Below, piece by piece: positions 24,821 to 36,280 of a DNA stretch of 57,899 nucleotides; position 1 is the first letter of the stretch; each line of letters begins with the position of its first letter. The position numbers and the translations under genes were made by a program. Under the pieces are notes generated by a model. The model saw nothing but the letters and a program-made list of their open reading frames with translations. It was not told the origin of the DNA and did no database searches. Origin of the DNA: Octopus bimaculoides (taxonomy: Eukaryota); assembly GCF_001194135.2 (NCBI RefSeq), contig NC_068982.1, positions 153,898,078 through 153,955,976 of the forward strand, in the 5' to 3' direction.

Positions 24821-26289
24821 CACTTCAATAATTGTAAGAAACAACAACATATTATACATTCACTTGATAAATAAAAAGAAGTAAAATAAATGGTCAAAAA
24901 AGTTAAAACATTATACTTGGAGTGGAGTGGGATAAATGGTTATTTATTGAGATAACAGGATGAAGGAAAAGAAGTTACATATTTTAAGAAATTTGAAAAT
25001 GTTTATTTTTTATATTTTGGACTTTTTAAAAAATAATTTATTTACTTGAGGAGAAGGAAAGATTGTTGATTCCCTGACGCCACCAGACCTGAAGACTAAG
25101 TATGGCTAGATGTGGTTAATAAAGTTAAACAGTTGGTAAGAAGCAATAAATTGTCAATAAAACCTACTCAGTTAAAATTTCATTGCAGCTTTTTTCCATC
25201 ACTCAGTCACTCCATATAAATAGTGCATATTTCTCTAGAATTTCTCATTTTATTAAGATAAATAACTTTTTAATGCATCTATTAAACTAGTTGTGATCTT
25301 AGTTACGTTATGTATTGATGATAACTCTTTACACATGTGTGTGTATGTGTGTGTGTTAACATTAGTTTGAACAAAAATCAAAACCTTCAATACACAATGA
25401 GGTATAAAATATATTAGAAAAATGAAGTTATACTTCCATGGAAACAGAATTTAAAAAATTCAGCACAGAGATATCTTTGTAGGTTCCTGCACTACATAGC
25501 ATAGCATATTCTTATCTATCATCCAGTAGTTGTAGCAGAGGTGGTGCTGGTGTTAGGTTTCAGTATTATAGCAAATGTTTCACAAACTGTTTACATTAGT
25601 TAAATTTCAGATCTTGTAAGTGTGTGTGTGTGTGTTCTAGATGTTGGGTATCTTCTCATTTGGTATGGTTTCTCATACTTTATTTCTATCTTTTTATACT
25701 TTGACCTTTCCAGTAGTCTTCACTTTATGATGAAGTTTTGGCCACTGTATTTTCATTTCTAGATGTGACTTAGCAGTTGGGGGAAGGGGTCTTTTTTTTT
25801 TTTTTACTATATGCTTCAGTGTAGCAGTGTTCTTGTATCACTGCTTGAATTTACTTTCTGTCATTCCTATATGACATTTTTTTTTAGTATTGGAGGTAGG
25901 GCTAATGGAATTTATTTTATTAATGACTACCCCATTCCTTTTCAGGCTCATCTTTTATTTTTGAAGGTCCTTAAATTTGTGTGATATGAGGGATATTTGG
26001 TTGTTATTACAACAGGGTGAGGAAGAATACAGGGTTCTCTTGTTAGCAAATAAATACATTGCTGTTGTAAAACCTTGAAAGGTAGAAGTGGAATATTAAT
26101 GACCAATAACCAGATAAAATTCAACTTAGTACCATATTCTCCGAGAGTAACAGCACAGATTAACTCAGACTGTGCCATTAGGTATCATTATCAAATCAAT
26201 GGAGAATGTTTAGTATTTACACCACAATACTGATTTATGAGGGAGGAAGTTGTGCTGGTGGCACTTTGGAAAATCATTCGAGCGAAGTC

Positions 26290-26570
26290 GTTGCCAGTGC
26301 CGCTGGACTGGCTCCCGTGCAGGTGGCACGTAAAAAACACCATTTTGAGCGTGGCCGTTGCCAGTACCATGTGACTGGCCCTTGTGCCGGTAGCACGTAA
26401 AAGCACCCACTACACTCTCGGAGTGGTTGGCATTAGGAAGGGCATCCAGCTGTAGAAACTCTGCCAAATCAGATTGGAGCCTAGTGCAGCCTTCTGGCTT
26501 GCCAGTCCTCGGTCAAATCGTCCAACCCATGCTAGCATGGAAAGCGGACGTTAAACGATGATGATGATGA
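26290..26570 (+). mobile_element. RTE-type 3' end or derived SINE (family C) with (GAT)n tail
   Basis: ..GGAAGGGCATCCAGCTGTAGAAAC..CCCATGCTAGCATGGAAAGCGGACGTTAAACGATGATGATG; a related tail ends the RTE fragment at 30987-32260. Confidence 0.85.
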
Positions 26571-26754
26571 AAGAAGAAATGAAATGATAATCATATAAAA
26601 AAAAAAAAACTAAAAAAAAAACAGTAAGAACTAATAGAAACCAACCATGAAAGCCAATAACAGGAACTAGTAAGAACCAACAATGGAAAGCAGAAGGAAG
26701 TAGTGGGAATCAGTCACAGGAACAAGTGAAGAAAGAGATTCTATGCAGTTGTTC

Positions 26755-26915
26755 AATCTGCTAGAAATAGCAACCATATCTCCTTCAAATTAGGACCTAC
26801 TACTTTTTTAAAAGTTAAAGGACACATTAGGGCATATAACTATGCTTGCATAAGAGGTGGGATGGTCATAACTGGAATGCTTTTAATTATAGGTCTACTG
26901 TTTCAAGATTGACCT
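26755..26915 (-). mobile_element. Old dispersed repeat, family D (other copies ~8150-8330, 22085-22240, 39110-39210, 41033-41180)
   Basis: Shared GACCT.TAAT.AAAG.CATTCCAG...TGA.CAT.CC .. GGTTGCTA.TT.T.GCAG. Confidence 0.6.
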
Positions 26916-28114
26916 TGATCTAAACAATAGTCATTTCAGATCAAACTGTGGTAAGAGCAACTAAAGTGATGGATGTTAATGGAAAATCTCAAAACACATT
27001 CAGCTATCAAATCATAGTAGATTACAGAAGTGGAGGAAAACATGTTGAATGAGATTTACATGTTAGAAATAAAGAAAAGTTCAATAGGTGATCAATGAAG
27101 AAATCAATAATCATTGCTACTACCTTTCCCATTTGCATAATCTAAAGATGTTATAGCTCCAATATTGTCGACTTTTGATAGGTGCCATTGTAGCATTGTC
27201 TGATTGACACATTCCTAAAGGATTTTCTCTATTTTTAATTTAGGCCAAATTTAAAGTTTTATTGTCCATTTTAATTTAAGCCTAAATTAGAAATGAATAA
27301 AAACCTTCAGGAACATGTCAATCACAACCTACAATATTTATAATCAAAAGTACATGATACCTAAGCAAAAACATTTTTAGAATATGCAAATGAGGAAGAT
27401 AGTAATAATGGAAATGAGTATAAATTCAAACAAAAAAAACTGTGATCATAAAAGCTGTAATAGATGAGAAGATAAATTAAGAAACGTAAATAGAATGCAT
27501 TTCCCTAGCATCAGCACAACCCAATAATTGAAACCTATAAAAGAATATATATATCTTTATGAAATTAAGTGTCTCGACATTCAGGTAAATGTATGTCACT
27601 GTATCAGAATAGAAGATAATTAAGTTACAATAAATTAGATTTGGGAGTAACAACAGATTTCAAACCAATAACAGCTAAAATAGGCTTAATTTGTCATCCT
27701 GTTTAACACCACCAGCTGTCCTCATGGGAACTTTTACTGGAGCCCGCTCTGTTGCAAGCAATCCAGTCTAGAGATAAATTCTTTTTTTGAGGGCCACCAT
27801 TTTGGAGGCCCTAAAAAAGAAAAGATCATGGGAGTTACCTTTTTTTTCTGAGGGTCATAGAAAAAGATTATAAAATGAAAAATAATGATGAGCTAAATAA
27901 AGGGAAAGAACAATGACATTTGGGTCAATGTCAAGTGAAGCTGAAAGAGAAATGATAAACTACCATCCATATTTGATGGCATAAAAGATGCACAGACATA
28001 TTAGATGCATCCCAATCTCTGCAGTGCATATTCTGGAAAAAATAATGTTTAGTGCATTAAAGCTTATGGAAGATTGAACTTCACATAAAGGACCTGGAAT
28101 CATGTTTTTAGGCC

Positions 28115-28568
28115 TTTTTTGGTGGGGTGGCAGAAACAATCTTTTTCACTCTAAAACAGAGGTTCCTAACCTTTGAGTCTCAACTTAAATGCTGTTATGG
28201 TTTAATTCTAGTATGTTTACAAAGCCCAAATCTTTTTCCTCCTCCTCCTCCTCATCATCATCATCATTGTTTAATGTCCTCCTTCCATGCTGGCAAGGAT
28301 TGGACAAGAGTTGGTCACGCAGGAGCCTGCACCATGCTTTTGTGTCTGTTTTGAAGCATGGTACAAGCTCCTGCCTGGCCAGCTCTTGTCAAACTACCCA
28401 ACCTATGCCAGCATGGAAGGAGGACATCAAATGATGATGAAGAAAAAAATTTGGACTTTGTAAGCATACTAGAATTAAACCAGCTTTTGCATTGAGACCC
28501 AAAAAATGGGAACCTTTGTTTTAGAGTGATAAAGATACTGTTTCCACCCACTCCACCCCACCAAAAAA
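28115..28568. repeat. Imperfect inverted duplication (foldback), arms 28115-28339 and 28354-28568
   Basis: Reverse complement of the right arm aligns along the left arm (TTTTTGGTGGGG..CACTCTAAAACA.AGGTTCC..GGTTTAATTCTAGTATG.TTACAAAG.CCAAAT..ATGTCCTCCTTCCATGCTGGCA..GACAAGAG.TGG..GCAGGAGC.TG.ACCATGCTT); ~14-nt loop. Confidence 0.9.
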
Positions 28569-30475
28569 GAAAGTTTCTTTTGAAATATTTGATAAAACAT
28601 TTACTGCAAACAAAAGTAGAGAAATATTTCTCCAAAGAGTATATGAGTATATGTTAATTTTATAAAATTAGCAGATTTTTCTGTTACTAATCTTTAAACA
28701 AAAGTGTCACAGTATATTATTGATTTTACAAAATGGATCAGTATGATGAAATGTTAGAAAATGCTGATCTAAATGAAAGGGATCTCTACAGCAAAGTGGA
28801 TATTCTAAATATTTAAAGTTAGACTGACAAATTAGTATGATTCTAAACAAGTATATCGGAGGAGAAAACTGCAACATTAACTTTTCCAACTTTGTAGAAC
28901 ATAGATGCAAAACAGTGAGAGAGAAAATTAAAACTGGAGAGATACTATAACCAAACATCAGATATATTCCAGACACTTTAAGAAAACTGAATATTTGATG
29001 TGCATCATGTCTTGAAGATATACAGAGTTATCTGTAGAAGTTAAAAGTTGTACAAGGAAATCAATGAGTCTTTCATTGCAGGAATGACTTCTTTATCCAA
29101 ATGTCATAGTAAATTAAATTGCAGACAGTCAGACTGTCATACTTCCTCACATTAAAAAATGAACTTGAATCTCATTCAGTCAACAAGAAACTTCTACATG
29201 GGCCAAATAATAGTAGCCAAATCTCATTCATACCACATCCCCTTGTTTTGAAAAATAAGATACAGTGGAAAATGTAATCCTAGAAGTGCTATGCCTGAAA
29301 AAAAAATGGATTGATGATTTTGACTGAGATATCTTTCATTATAAGTTGGCTCAATCCGGATTGATACAGAATTGCTACTACTACTGCAGCTGCTGCAGTT
29401 GCTCTACTTTCAACCACAACTTCTAAAACTACTATTAATGCTACTACATAAACCACAATACAACTACTTCTAAAACTCTTATACAACTATTATTACAACT
29501 AGAATTGTCACCACTAGGAGCTTTTATGTGGTTGCAAGAAACTGTCACATCACACCTTACCAGCCTGTTATCTTAAAAAGATCCTAGGTATACAAAGAGA
29601 AAAACTTGATGGCTATGCCCAGAATAACTTAAACCATGGGTCTGATTGGTAAGGACTGACAGGGGACTAAACAATAACCTACACCACAAGTACTACCACA
29701 GTTTATACAACCACTACTATATTACCCCCACCTTAGAAGAATTAGGAGCCACAATGTTTCTAAAGAGAGACAGACAGATAGAGACACAGAGAGATATAGA
29801 GAGAGATTGGTGAAACAGGTTTAGCAGTAAATCTAGCTAAGATGTTAACAATAGTGGCTAATTACAGATCAATAACTCAATAAACCCACAAATATTTGGA
29901 ACTCTCCATATATTTCTTCCTTTCTTTCTTTTATCTTATTGCATATTTTGACTTTTGTTAGAAATTTTTAGGTTCTGAGTTTTCAGTTAATCTTTTTTCT
30001 TTTTTTTTGCTTCTTTAGAGATTCAGACATTTTTTAAAACATTCTATATATATATATTTTTTTTGTCTTTCTATCTTTAAAAGCAGTTCGTTATATATCA
30101 TACCCTCAGGATAAATTTTTCAAGAATTAACATGATGTCTATACAATATCTACTCCTCTACTTTTTCTATATGTGTGTACCTTTGTGCACATGTCTGTTT
30201 TTATGTGCACATATATGTGCTTACACATATACATTTGTGTGTACAGGCATGTGTGTGTGTCAGTGTGTGTGTAGTATTGTATTTCGTGCAAAAATGCAAA
30301 ATGCTCAATATACAGCAATGTTACAAACCTGTAGAATTACTTCAAACTCCACCAATAAGTATTATTGACTAACGTCTACTAGATAAAACCTTTAGGTATG
30401 AAGAAATAATCTGGTTTACCAACACAATAACATACATCTATTTATTTGTGAATGAAACATAAATAGATATACAAT

Positions 30476-30559
<84 letters not shown>

Positions 30560-30589
30560 GTGTGTGTATGCATGCATATATATATATTA

Positions 30590-30870
30590 TCATCATCATC
30601 ATCATCGTTTAACGTCCGCTTTCCATGCTAGCATGGGTTGGACGATTTGACTGAGGACTGGTGAACCAGATGGCTACACCAGGCTCCAATCTGATTTGAC
30701 AGGGTTTCTACAGCTGGATGCCCTTCCTAACGCCAACCACTCCGAGAGTGTAGTGGGTGCTTTTACGTGCCACCGGCACGAAGGCCATTCAGGTGGTGCT
30801 GGCAACGGCCACACTCGAAATGGTGTATTTTACATGCCACCTGCACAGGAGCCATTACGTGCCACCTGCA
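30590..30870 (-). mobile_element. Family C (RTE tail) copy next to a (GT)n tract at 30477-30570
   Basis: Near-identical inverted match to 26400-26570. Confidence 0.88.
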
Positions 30871-30986
30871 CATGAGCCTATATAAATATANNNNNNNNNN
30901 NNNNNNNNNNNNNNNNNNNNNNNNNNNNNNNNNNNNNNNNNNNNNNNNNNNNNNNNNNNNNNNNNNNNNNNNNNNNNNNNATATAT

Positions 30987-32260
30987 ATCATCATTTAAAC
31001 TTTGCCTTCCATGCTGACATCAATGGGACAGTTTGCCAGAAGGTGGCCAGGCAGAAGCCTGCACCAGACTTTGCACCATGCTTCTGTAACTGTTTTGGCA
31101 GGATTTTTACAGCTCGATGCCCTTCCTAACACCAACCACTCAGCAGAGTGGACTTAGTGCTTTTTACATGGCACAAGACAGGCACGGTCAGTTTTGGTAA
31201 TGGTTTTACAGCTGGATGCCGTTCCAAACACCAACCACTTTAGAGTGTAGACTGGATGCTTCTTAAGTGGCATCTGGACTGACTAGACAGAAACAGGTGT
31301 CTTGCTGTAGCGGAGGTACAAGGTTACCTGACCAGAGAGCGATCAAGAATGAAGACAGAAACAGGTGTGCTGCTCTAAAGGAGATACAACCCAAGGGAAG
31401 TGCAGAAGGAGAAAGGGAGTGGGAGACAGCAGGATATACATGGTGGCAAAGTGCAGGGCATACTCACAAGGGGCGGGGATCAGAATATAAATGGGATAGT
31501 TGAGTAAAGGAAGAAAGATATAGATATAGATGGTGGGAAGTGCCAGGGCATACCCTTGAGGTTTGAAGGTAGTAATATAAGTGGCAGGATATTGCAAAAG
31601 GAGCGGGATTAGAGAGTGAGGAGGGGTGAGGAAGTGAGTGGTAAAAACCTGCATATATATATAGAATGGGTGGGGAAATGCCAGATAGCAATGACACAGA
31701 GAAACAAAGTCATGATTAGGGAGTGAGAGGTAGGCATAGTGTATGAAGGAGGAAATGTGAGGAAGAGATGTAAAGATGTAGATTGGTTTGTTGGGGTAGG
31801 GTGTGTGAAAAGTTTCCTTGTAATGTGTGGGTGGAACACACAGGTTGGGGGTTAGCGGATAGCAATGATACAATACAGTGAGACAGAGCCAAGAGGACAG
31901 GATCGGGGAGTGGGAGGTAAGCATAGTGCATGAAGTGGAAGGAAGAGAGATGTAGAGATATAGTTTGGTTGGTTGTGGTAGGGTGTATGAGAAGTTTTCT
32001 TGTTAAGTGTGGGTGGGACACACAGTGCTTCTAGAGTTCAGATTTGCTGATGTGGGCAAGTCTTCTCAAGAACCTCATATTGCCAGACATCTTGGTCCAC
32101 TATCATTTCCTCTATGAGACCCAATGTCCTGAGATCAGTCCTTATCACTTCATCCCATATCTTCCTGGGTCTCCATCTTCCACGAGTACCATCTACTTTC
32201 AGTGACAGGCACTTCTTTATGCAGCTGTTCTCACTCATACACAAGCTGTCCTCATATATA
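30987..32260 (-). mobile_element. 5'-truncated RTE-clade LINE: ORF C-terminus plus long 3' UTR with an internal ~185-bp tandem duplication
   Basis: Minus ORF ..SCIKKCLSLKVDGTRGRWRPRKIWDEVIRTDLRTLGLIEEMIVDQDVWQYEVLEKT (RTE GRPxxxW..DR..W end); 31719-31843 resembles 31906-32025; family C-type tail at ~30990. Confidence 0.8.
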
Positions 32261-32864
32261 TATAGAGAGAGAGAGAGGGAGAGGGGGAGAGGTAGGGCAA
32301 GCACAATGGTCATGCAGTTTGAGGTTTGCTTCCCAATCACATCATTTTGGGTTCAGTCCCACTTGGTGGTATCTTGGCCCAATACCTTCTACTATTGCTC
32401 TAGACCAGCCAAAGCCTTGTGAGTGGATTTGGTAAATGGAAATTGAAAACCTATATGTATGTATGTATGTATGTATATGTGCTTTCTTGTCTTTCTCTCT
32501 TGCCCTTTATCTCTTGGGTACATTTATTTATCTATTCATTTTCACTTTATTCAGTTGTTTTTGTATTTTTTGTTTATCCCTATTATGGTTGTCCAACCTA
32601 GTTTTTCTTTCATTTCTATTTTTTTAATTTCTTATTTTGTTTCTCTCTCTCTCTCTCTCTCTCTCTTTATTCTTTCTCCTTGTCTCTCTCCTTTTCTCTT
32701 GTTTCTTTATCTGACTTAATCTTTCTCTGCCAATTAATTTCATCCTACTTCCTTCTCAAAATACTTATAATAATCTGCATTGTAGTTAAGTATCCAATTG
32801 CATTCAGAACATCCAATGCAGAGTCGCAAACAAGCACAACAGTGAAACATGTATAGGAACAAAT

Positions 32865-33110
32865 AATCCTTTCTTCTATAGGCACAAGGCCTGAAAATTT
32901 GGTGGAAGGGGACTAGTTGGTTACATCAACCTCAGTGTTGAACTGGTACCTGTTTCATCCACCTCAAAAGAACTAAAAGCAAAGTCAACCTCAAAAGAAC
33001 TAAAAGCAAAGTCAACCTCTGCAGAATTTCAACTCTGAATGTGAAGACAGAAGAAATGCCACTGAGCATTTGGTCCAGCATGCTAACAATTTTGCCAGCT
33101 TACCATCATC
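32865..33110 (-). mobile_element. SINE family A copy, CpG-decayed, with a 27-bp internal duplication (32961-33014)
   Basis: Family A motifs with most CpGs converted to TpG/CpA. Confidence 0.8.
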
Positions 33111-33704
33111 ATAGTAACAAATTCTATAAAATTGTGTTAACAGTTGAGGATTTGATTTGGTTGGAGGTAAGAGTAGCATAAATATTTACACTTAGCATTA
33201 TATCAATGGAATTTGCAGCTGCAATTTTATGGTCAATAGTGATTTTTTTGAACATGTGTTTATCGAAGAATAGGTGCAAATTTTTCCTTAGTTTAACAAT
33301 TTGTTATAGATTTAGTTTATTGATATTTAGTAACCCATCATCAGTATAAAATCAACTTTCAACTCAAGGGAATTCCTTTGTCAAGTGTGAAAGCAGGAAC
33401 AGTTCAACAATATCTGAATTCATAAATTTCAATAACTGGGATTATTAACCTTCTGTCACAAAGGAATTACTGATGATGAAATCAAATTTTGCGAAAAAAG
33501 GTTTACAGAAATCATGGAGGACAAAACTGAAATAATGTTATTAGCAAAAAAAAAGCAATTCCCCAACATGGCATTACATAGGATCAAAAAAATCAATGCA
33601 TAGGCCATTTGAGGTTAGTATGGAAACCAACAATTTAACAAAACTTGCTGAGCTCTTAAAACTGTTCTTGCAACTAAAAGTTATAGGTAATATATAGTGG
33701 CATA

Positions 33705-33918
33705 ATAGCAACAAACTGACAGGATCTTTAGGATGCCAGGTGAAATGCTTTGCGGTGTTTTGGACATCTTTAAATTCTGAGTTCAAACTCCACCAGGTCC
33801 ACTTTACCTTTTGTCCTTACAGAGTCAATGAAATAAGTATCAGTTGAGTACTGGTGTCAATGTAATCGACTTACCCACTCCCCCAAATTCGTTGGTCTTG
33901 TGCCAAAATTTGAAACCA
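33705..33918 (+). mobile_element. SINE family A copy, CpG-decayed
   Basis: TGCCAGGTGAAATG versus CG(C/T)CGGGCGAAATG and CTCCACCAGGTCCAC versus TTCCGCCGAGGTCGAC in the 17161 copy. Confidence 0.8.
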
Positions 33919-35461
33919 ATAAATTGTGGTATAATTATTATTAAAGAGAAGGCTAGTGAATAATGTGTATTCCCTTTTTGTCAGAATGTCTCAAGAGTAT
34001 TTTTTTTTCCCACATGAAGCTTTTTGGTGACTTCACAAGGTGCCATCTCACCTTTAAAAAATGTCACCCTTTTTTCAAAAGTGATTTTTTGAAGGCAGTT
34101 TTATTATTCAATATTTTATGAACAGCTTGCACTGCAGGGCACTAACTTAATTGTCACTGATACAAGATCACAATGATTTTGTCACCTTCAGGCAATATTC
34201 CTCCCTCCTCCTGTGTCAAGCATCAGTGACACTACAAAAAATATCTGGGCTGTTTTGGCCCACACTATGGTATGCTTTTTCCTTCCATCAGCCAAGAAGT
34301 CATCACAGCAAACCAGGTACAAGTATTTTTACTTCTCTTCTTATTTATATTTAAACCCAAGACATAAAATAGAATAAAGTAATGAAGAAAAGATTACTAT
34401 TATCATTGCTAAAATTATAGGACTTTACTGGTTGATTATTAAAATTACAATAATTTCATTGTTATGTTAATGTATTTGTTTTGCAAAATTCCTGATGCAA
34501 AATTGTGTGTTGAAATTAATCACATGCACTTATATACTCATTCTTCACTTCACCTTTATTATTATTCTTATTTTAGTGGCCTTTGTCTGAAATCTTTTGT
34601 CACATATCCAGTGACCCCTTCAGTGGTTCTCCATCCCATGTGTCTTCTGTTAATTGATATAAAAATATGACCATCCCCAAATATAACAATAATTTCATTA
34701 TTATTGAATAAAGCTCAATGCAAAGACAGATTTCCATTCAATCAAATATTGTGGGTACATGTATTTATCCAGATCAGGAAGTTTAAAAAGTAAAATATCT
34801 AGAACATTGACAAAAATTGAGTATAGCTATGAAGACACACACATCCTAGACTATGCTATGCTGCTTGTCTCACATCCATGCATGATATGTATCTTCTAAG
34901 TTGAGTTGTTGCACCATACTACACCTAAATGGCTGAAGCTGCAGCAGGCAATAGAGATATAAGACATATAGCTACAACAGAGCTAGCACATGCACTTGCA
35001 TACATATATGTGTGTCTGTGTGTGTGTGTGAGAGAGAGAGAAAGAGAGAGAGAGAAAGAGAGAGAGAGAAAGAGAGAGAAAGAAAGAGAGAGAGAGAAAG
35101 AGAGAGAGAGAAAGAGAGAGAGAGAAAGAGAGAGAGAGANNNNNNNNNNNNNNNNNNNNNNNNNNNNNNNNNNNNNNNNNNNNNNNNNNNNNNNNNNNNN
35201 NNNNNNNNNNNNNNNNNNNNNNNNNNNNCTGTGTGTGTGTGTGAGAGAGAGAGAAAGAGAGAGAGAGAAAGAGAGAGAGAGAAAGAGAGAGAGAGAAAGA
35301 GAGAGAGAGAGTGTGTGTGTGTGTGTGTGCGTGTGTGTGTGTGTGCGTGCGTGTGTGTGTGTGTGTGCGTGCACACATGTAAGCAAAGACATGGTTGTCT
35401 AGTTAAGAAATTCACTTCCCAACCATATAGATAGATAGATAGACAGATAGATAGATAAATA

Positions 35462-36110
35462 GATGTGTCTTTTCAAGTACAGCAAATTGCCACATCTGGT
35501 CTCTTGTCATTTCCTCAGTGAGGCCCAGCATCCGAAGATCCTTTCTCACCACTTCATCCTACATCTTCCTGAGTCTACCCCTTCCACAGGTTCTATCCAC
35601 AATTAAAGCTCACCACCTTTTACACAGCTGTCCTCATCCATATGCATCACAACCTCTGATGCTGCTTATACCCAGTTTTCATCTTCAACCATTTACACTC
35701 TGTCATGCATGCACACTGACATTACCCATCCAGTGGAGCATGCTAGCTTCATTTCTTTCAACCCTTCGCAGATCTTCTCTAGTCAAAGCCCATATTCCAC
35801 TGCCATGTAACAGCTGTATGTACACAGGCATCATACAATCTACCTTTCACTCCAGGGCAAAGCCCTTATTTACCACCATAAGTAGAAGTTCTCTGAACTT
35901 TTCCCAGCCCATCCTTATTCTAGCAACTACACTTTCAGAACCTCCTCCTACACTGCTTACTTGGTCTTCTAGGTAACAGAAGCTATCAACTACTTCTAAT
36001 GATCCCCCTGAGCATTTGAGTCTTAGTGCTTATTGTGCATGCACATTTGCCAAACACAAAGACTATATTCTCTGTTAACCTTCCTGTGATACCACTACAC
36101 CTCTTGTGTG
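35462..36110 (-). mobile_element. Decayed RTE-clade LINE, RT C-terminal region
   Basis: Minus strand LEDQVSSVGGGSESVVARIRMGWEKFRELL..LHGSGIWALTREDLRRVERNEASMLHWMGNVSV..GRGRLRK..DEVVRKDLRMLGLTEEMTRDQMW. Confidence 0.85.
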
Positions 36111-36128
36111 TCCAAAGCTATATATATA

Positions 36129-36280
36129 TATCATCATCATCGTTTAACGTCCGCTTTCCATGCTAGCATGGGTTGGACGATTTGACTGAGGACTGGTGAA
36201 ACCGGATGGCAACACCAGGCTCCAATCTAATTTGGCAGAGTTTCTACAGCTGGATGCCCTTCCTAACGCCAACCTGCCCT
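36129..36280 (-). mobile_element. Family C (RTE tail) copy; a further diverged copy at ~36720-36960 (+)
   Basis: CATCATCATCGTTTAACGTCCGCTTTCCATGCTAGCATGGG.. Confidence 0.85.

Noticed and set aside
24791-24859. Hydrophobic N-terminal 23 aa of the 245-aa ORF as a signal peptide
   Set aside because: It is the translated polypyrimidine tract and acceptor of the upstream intron
28720-29090. Coding-looking MDQYDEMLENADLNERD.. stretch
   Set aside because: Multiple stops within 40 codons and no family motif
35008-35310. Direct duplication of (TG)n(GA)n around a gap, with RE-rich ORFs
   Set aside because: Both gap flanks show the same compound microsatellite; probably redundant contig ends
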